DNA from: a virus
Length of the DNA: 53,903 nucleotides
Direction: 5' to 3' (one strand)
IMG/VR virus record: IMGVR_UViG_3300027439_000001
Span: 1-53,903 of that record
Numbering within the stretch: the first letter of the stretch is position 1; every line of letters begins with the position of its first letter. The position numbers were made by a program, and so were the translations under genes. The notes under the pieces are model-generated. The model saw nothing but the letters and a program-made list of their open reading frames with translations. It did not search any database and was not told the origin of the DNA. Positions 50,237-53,903 of the stretch are shown here, piece by piece.

Positions 50237-52516
50237 TTATGTTCCAAGGCAGTTGAACATGAGGTTTGCCGTTCCGCTGACAAGAGTCAGACCGACCACG
50301 GTTCCCGTCACACTCGTGTTCGACGTATTCACAACCGTTGTTCCCGACGCCGAGCCCGTGAGAGAGTCCCCGTTCGTCGAATAGCTCATTCCACAAGCGT
50401 AGCTCGTCGCAGACGTATACGCAACGGTTGCCGAGCAAGTAATGAGTCCGGCAGAAGAATCGGCGCACGTTGCAAACGTAGGGAATCCGGCAACCGTTGT
50501 GACTCTCCCGGAAAATGAGCCGGTCGTCGCCGTCGTAATCGGCCCACCCGCAGCGACTCCAACGAATGTACCGAGCCCAGCGTTACTAATTTTAGCAACA
50601 GCGACGTTGTTGACTGCAAACGTAAATCCATTTGTCGAGCCGGTTGGGACGTTGAGTTGCAAGCCTTTGGTAGCGGCGTTATCGTTAGCTGCGTAGACGT
50701 TGGTGCCACCTGGAACCGCGGCGGCTACAAAGATATTCCCAATGGACGAAAGCTGTCCCGCTATTCCGACATCACCTGAGGTATCAATGGCAAGCATAGA
50801 CAGCACACCAGGAGTACGCATTTCCAAGAACGTCGATGAAACGCCGCTTACCGTTTGGGCGCTCGCACCGTAAAGCGCGCCGACTTGCGTACCGCCTCCA
50901 GCGAGTCCCCAAACCAAAAGAGTATTGTTCCATGCCGATCCACGAGTGCCAAGGTTTAAGCCAAGGCCAAAGTTTGCCTGAACCGTGCCACCATCCCCGA
51001 AGTTACCATTCGTCGCGTTCACCTGACTCGCCGTGAGTGTCCCCATCGAGAAGTTTCCAGAGCTATCGCGAGCCACGATAGTCGAGGCGGTGTTCGCGCT
51101 TGTCGCGTCAGTCGTGAGCGAAATTGCCGCACTCCCGTTATACGCGCCACCTGCGAGATGAGTACCAGGCGTCAGGCTAAAGAGGTTCGAGCCAAGAGCA
51201 ACGCCAGAGATGGTCGAGTTTGAGAGCGCGCTATTCGGAATTGAGGTTAGGTTTGCGCCGGACCCGGAGAACGTCGTGGCTGTAGCGGTACCTGTTACGG
51301 TAAGTGCTCCGGTTGCAACCGCCCCAGTGGTCGTTATGGTTCCACCAGTCTTTAGGTTGATCGAACCATTGTCACCAAACCACGTTAGGCCAGCCCCTGC
51401 TTCTATGGTCGGTAGGCTAGCACTACAGCACGTTTGATAGGCGTAGATGACATCGTTCGTTGTTACGCCTCCGGTTAGACCAGTGCAAAAAGCCGTGCCT
51501 TTCGCAAGAACCGAGACAGCAGGTGACGTACTGCCAAGATAATCATGTATGTAGATCGCATTAGAGTTGCAGCTAAGGAGGACCCCCGCTCCAGTGCCTC
51601 CTGAGGTAACTGAGCCCCATGATCTATAGAGGGAAACGGTATCGGATTCGTCGTTTGCGGTAACTCCGCCACCAAACTTGAAACCGTTTCCGTTTGTGAC
51701 GGTTACGTGAGAGTCCAGTACAAGGGAATTATAGGAACCGTCGAACCAAATACCATTTCCAGCAGCCGCTAGGTTCAATCCGTTTATACTCTGGAACGTT
51801 TGGTAGGATGAACCACCAATAGTAAGGCGAGAATCAAACGTAGACCAAATAACATTCGCGCTGAAGTTTCCATCTGACACGAAGGTGATATTTTTGAAGG
51901 TCTGAAGCCACCCACCCTTTGTAACAACGCCATTTGCCGCGGAGCCAGCGTTAGATTTTAGTTCAACATTTGAGAGGCCTCCGCCGTAAGGATTGCAGGT
52001 GACGCATGGGCTCGCCCCCGCAATCCAGGTGATGATCGTTCCGCCTGCTGACCCGTCATATTTCAATGCCGTTCCAGTTGTCGGAAGTGTAGAGTCAACC
52101 GGCGACGAGACGCCAGCCCCTTGGATGAAGACATTGTTGTAGTTCACGGCAAGACCGTGGACATTGCAAGTTCCGGGAGGCAGGACAACGGTACCGCCCG
52201 ATGCAGTTCCGGCAGTATTTATCACAGCTTGAATCGCCGCCGAATCTGAAGATGCTCCAGCACAGGGGGTAGTGACCTGATAATAATTTAGGGATCCTTG
52301 CCCAAAGCAGGATCCGCCTCCAACGAGCGTCCCAGAGCCATTCGAGGAAAGGCATGGTTCATTCGGGAGCGATGAAAACGTGGGTGCGCCAGCAAACGTA
52401 GCTGTACCGCCGGCGGGAACGTTGATCGAGCCTGTATAGAGCGGGATGGTTGCGCTAGAGACAACGCCGATGCTGACCAAGAACGCGAAGACCCCCGCAA
52501 CAACGAAACGCCTCAA
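50237..52516 (-). CDS. beta-helix (pectate-lyase-like) fibre/depolymerase with signal-peptide-like N-terminus
   Basis: SDSAAIQAVINTAGTASGGTVVLPPGTCNV (pectate_lyase_3-type opening), fibre-type repeats (IVARDSSGNFSMGTLTA), N-terminus (M)RRFVVAGVFAFLVSIGVVSSA; TTG start in a TTGA overlap. Confidence 0.6.
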   Translation of the reverse strand: MRRFVVAGVFAFLVSIGVVSSATIPLYTGSINVPAGGTATFAGAPTFSSLPNEPCLSSNGSGTLVGGGSCFGQGSLNYYQVTTPCAGASSDSAAIQAVINTAGTASGGTVVLPPGTCNVHGLAVNYNNVFIQGAGVSSPVDSTLPTTGTALKYDGSAGGTIITWIAGASPCVTCNPYGGGLSNVELKSNAGSAANGVVTKGGWLQTFKNITFVSDGNFSANVIWSTFDSRLTIGGSSYQTFQSINGLNLAAAGNGIWFDGSYNSLVLDSHVTVTNGNGFKFGGGVTANDESDTVSLYRSWGSVTSGGTGAGVLLSCNSNAIYIHDYLGSTSPAVSVLAKGTAFCTGLTGGVTTNDVIYAYQTCCSASLPTIEAGAGLTWFGDNGSINLKTGGTITTTGAVATGALTVTGTATATTFSGSGANLTSIPNSALSNSTISGVALGSNLFSLTPGTHLAGGAYNGSAAISLTTDATSANTASTIVARDSSGNFSMGTLTASQVNATNGNFGDGGTVQANFGLGLNLGTRGSAWNNTLLVWGLAGGGTQVGALYGASAQTVSGVSSTFLEMRTPGVLSMLAIDTSGDVGIAGQLSSIGNIFVAAAVPGGTNVYAANDNAATKGLQLNVPTGSTNGFTFAVNNVAVAKISNAGLGTFVGVAAGGPITTATTGSFSGRVTTVAGFPTFATCADSSAGLITCSATVAYTSATSYACGMSYSTNGDSLTGSASGTTVVNTSNTSVTGTVVGLTLVSGTANLMFNCLGT

Positions 52517-52698
52517 CGCCGCCTCGCCATCTTGCGCGAGCGTTTCAGGGTACGCTTGTGCTTCATGCGTCCCTTACGCCAGAGGCGAGCGTGGTGAGCC
52601 ATCTTCCGGCATTTAGCACGCTTCTTTGGGTTCTTCCCCGCCGCACCATAGCATCCCCTGACCGCATTGCGCGACTTAGCATCTGAGGACCACGGCAC
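52513..52698 (-). CDS. 61-aa extremely basic peptide, relative of 6808..6936
   Basis: ...KNPKKRAKCRKMAHHARLWRKGRMKHKRTLKRSRKMARRR; GTG start overlapping the upstream stop. Confidence 0.55.
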   Translation of the reverse strand: MPWSSDAKSRNAVRGCYGAAGKNPKKRAKCRKMAHHARLWRKGRMKHKRTLKRSRKMARRR

Positions 52699-53306
52699 TA
52701 TTGATTATTTTCCTCCCAGGTGAAGGAGCAGAATCCAGCCGCCGCCGCGTTCCCCTGGATGACGACATACCCACCAGGCGGAATGATGATGCTGCCTGCG
52801 TACTCTTTCGAGACGACTGGTGGAGTGATTGCACTAGCCGCTTCAATGCTGACGAGCGGATCGAAAACAACTGGCACTGTCGGCAATGTCGCTACTGTAT
52901 CAACCTTGCCCACCGCTTGAGCCGATGTATTGAGGAAGTTCGAGCGAACCGTAACGGCCGTTGTGTGCGTGACGTTCGTACCGGCGTTGAACTGCCCAGC
53001 CAGAAATACCACCGCCGCCGCAGCCGGGGCTGTAGCAAACGCATACGAAGCATTGAGTAACGCGAGGTTCTTTCCCGAGCCGGAATCGTTCGAGAGAGAA
53101 AGGGTCGCAACCGTGGTAGAGAGACCGACTCCGACTGAAACCGTTGCCTGATTCGATGCCGAAAAGACGTTGCCACGATAGGTCTGCTCGTAGTACCGAC
53201 CGTGAAGTTCCTGGACGATCGCTTCGCCTGCTTTACCGCCTCGTGCGGTTACGGGCGTTCCATCGCTTGCCGGGACCGGGCCGACCTGAAGTTGATTAAG
53301 TGGCAT
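52698..53306 (-). CDS. hypothetical virion protein (beta-rich, A/T/S/V-rich)
   Basis: 202 aa ORF. Confidence 0.55.
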   Translation of the reverse strand: MPLNQLQVGPVPASDGTPVTARGGKAGEAIVQELHGRYYEQTYRGNVFSASNQATVSVGVGLSTTVATLSLSNDSGSGKNLALLNASYAFATAPAAAAVVFLAGQFNAGTNVTHTTAVTVRSNFLNTSAQAVGKVDTVATLPTVPVVFDPLVSIEAASAITPPVVSKEYAGSIIIPPGGYVVIQGNAAAAGFCSFTWEENNQ

Positions 53307-53320
53307 GGTGTCCTATTCTC

Positions 53321-53903
53321 CTAAAGCGGGGCGGGTCCGCCGTAACCTGGGTCGCTACGCATGAGTTCGAGATTTTTGTAACTCGAGTTGAGGCCATCCA
53401 TGAGAATGGCGTTCTGAATCCTAATTTCTACTAGCGTTGCGAGCATGAGGTCACGAGTCGTATTGTCCGCTGTGATTTGCTCGCCGGAACTGGAAACGAA
53501 GGCAGTATTCAGGGGGAAGTTCGGGTCCGACATTGAGATGTCTACGTCGTCCGAATCGCTCGCCATAGTAACGGGAACTGAGGCGCTTTTGGTGGTCTGC
53601 CCGAGTGCTAGAGACGCGCCTCCAACCTGAGTCACATTGACCGACTGATTCGCCGGCAATGCTTGCTGCGTGAAACTCACCGGGAGAGCCCCTTGGTCCG
53701 AAGCCACCGTAACCGGAACGCTGTTTGCCATAACATTCGTCCCGAGCGAATACGGCCAAAAGGTGCCCGTTACCGGGGTTGAGGGCATCGAGGCTATAGA
53801 TACCGGCTGCGTTACCTGCCAGAAGGTCCCGGTCACGGGCGTTGTCGGCATCGTGGCGATAGAGACGGGCTGAGTCGATTGCCAAAACGTTCCGGTTACG
53901 GGA
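53321..53903 (-). CDS. C-terminal part of the wrap-around virion protein (see 1..368)
   Basis: ORF track shows 53321..53851; the reading frame stays open to the window end and continues in frame at 100..368. Confidence 0.65.
   Translation of the reverse strand, partial: PVTGTFWQSTQPVSIATMPTTPVTGTFWQVTQPVSIASMPSTPVTGTFWPYSLGTNVMANSVPVTVASDQGALPVSFTQQALPANQSVNVTQVGGASLALGQTTKSASVPVTMASDSDDVDISMSDPNFPLNTAFVSSSGEQITADNTTRDLMLATLVEIRIQNAILMDGLNSSYKNLELMRSDPGYGGPAPL
53756..53902 (-). repeat. 2.3 tandem copies of a 63-nt (21-aa) unit inside the wrap-around gene
   Basis: PVTGTFWQSTQPVSIATMPTT / PVTGTFWQVTQPVSIASMPST / PVTGTFW; the units are clearly diverged at nucleotide level. Confidence 0.8.
53805..53903. 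repeat. Terminal direct repeat copy B (identical to 1..99)
   Basis: Direct comparison with the first 99 bases. Confidence 0.95.

Noticed and set aside
1-53903. CRISPR arrays, diversity-generating retroelement, retron, integrase/attP, prophage borders
   Set aside because: No regularly spaced repeats were found, and no reverse-transcriptase-sized ORF with YxDD. No tyrosine or serine recombinase motifs were recognised. The exact end overlap argues for a free circular or permuted phage genome rather than an integrated element.

Overview
The window appears to be one complete, circularly closed dsDNA phage genome. Bases 1-99 are repeated exactly at 53805-53903, so the unique length is 53,804 bp. 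There are four transcription blocks. (1) A long minus-strand late block runs 11275->1 and continues across the junction 53903->36925. It carries portal, scaffold-like and capsid-like genes, many small virion ORFs, two fibre/depolymerase proteins, a lysis cassette and ejection proteins including one with a lytic transglycosylase domain. (2) A lone plus-strand large terminase sits at 11284-13323. (3) A minus-strand block runs 23092->13262, opening with small regulators and ending in a visibly lower-GC island of glycosyltransferase, methyltransferase and HAD genes. (4) A plus-strand early block (23511-36928) holds an orphan phage-type DNA methyltransferase, three sigma70-like promoters, a Cas4-like exonuclease, an ERF annealase, RusA, an SSB-like protein and many tiny ORFs joined by ATGA/GTGA/TTGA overlaps. 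Four homing-endonuclease-type genes are present (3 HNH, 1 GIY-YIG). I recognised no tRNA, CRISPR array, integrase, reverse transcriptase, DNA polymerase, RNA polymerase or small terminase, but no search tool was run. Most products cannot be named from sequence alone. All functional calls rest on short motifs read by eye plus synteny and need profile or structure searches. The best candidate for a new system is the glycan-building island at 13.6-19.8 kb. Secondary candidates are the structured non-coding regions flanking the methyltransferase, two protamine-like basic peptides, and a zinc-finger protein with an SSB-type tail.
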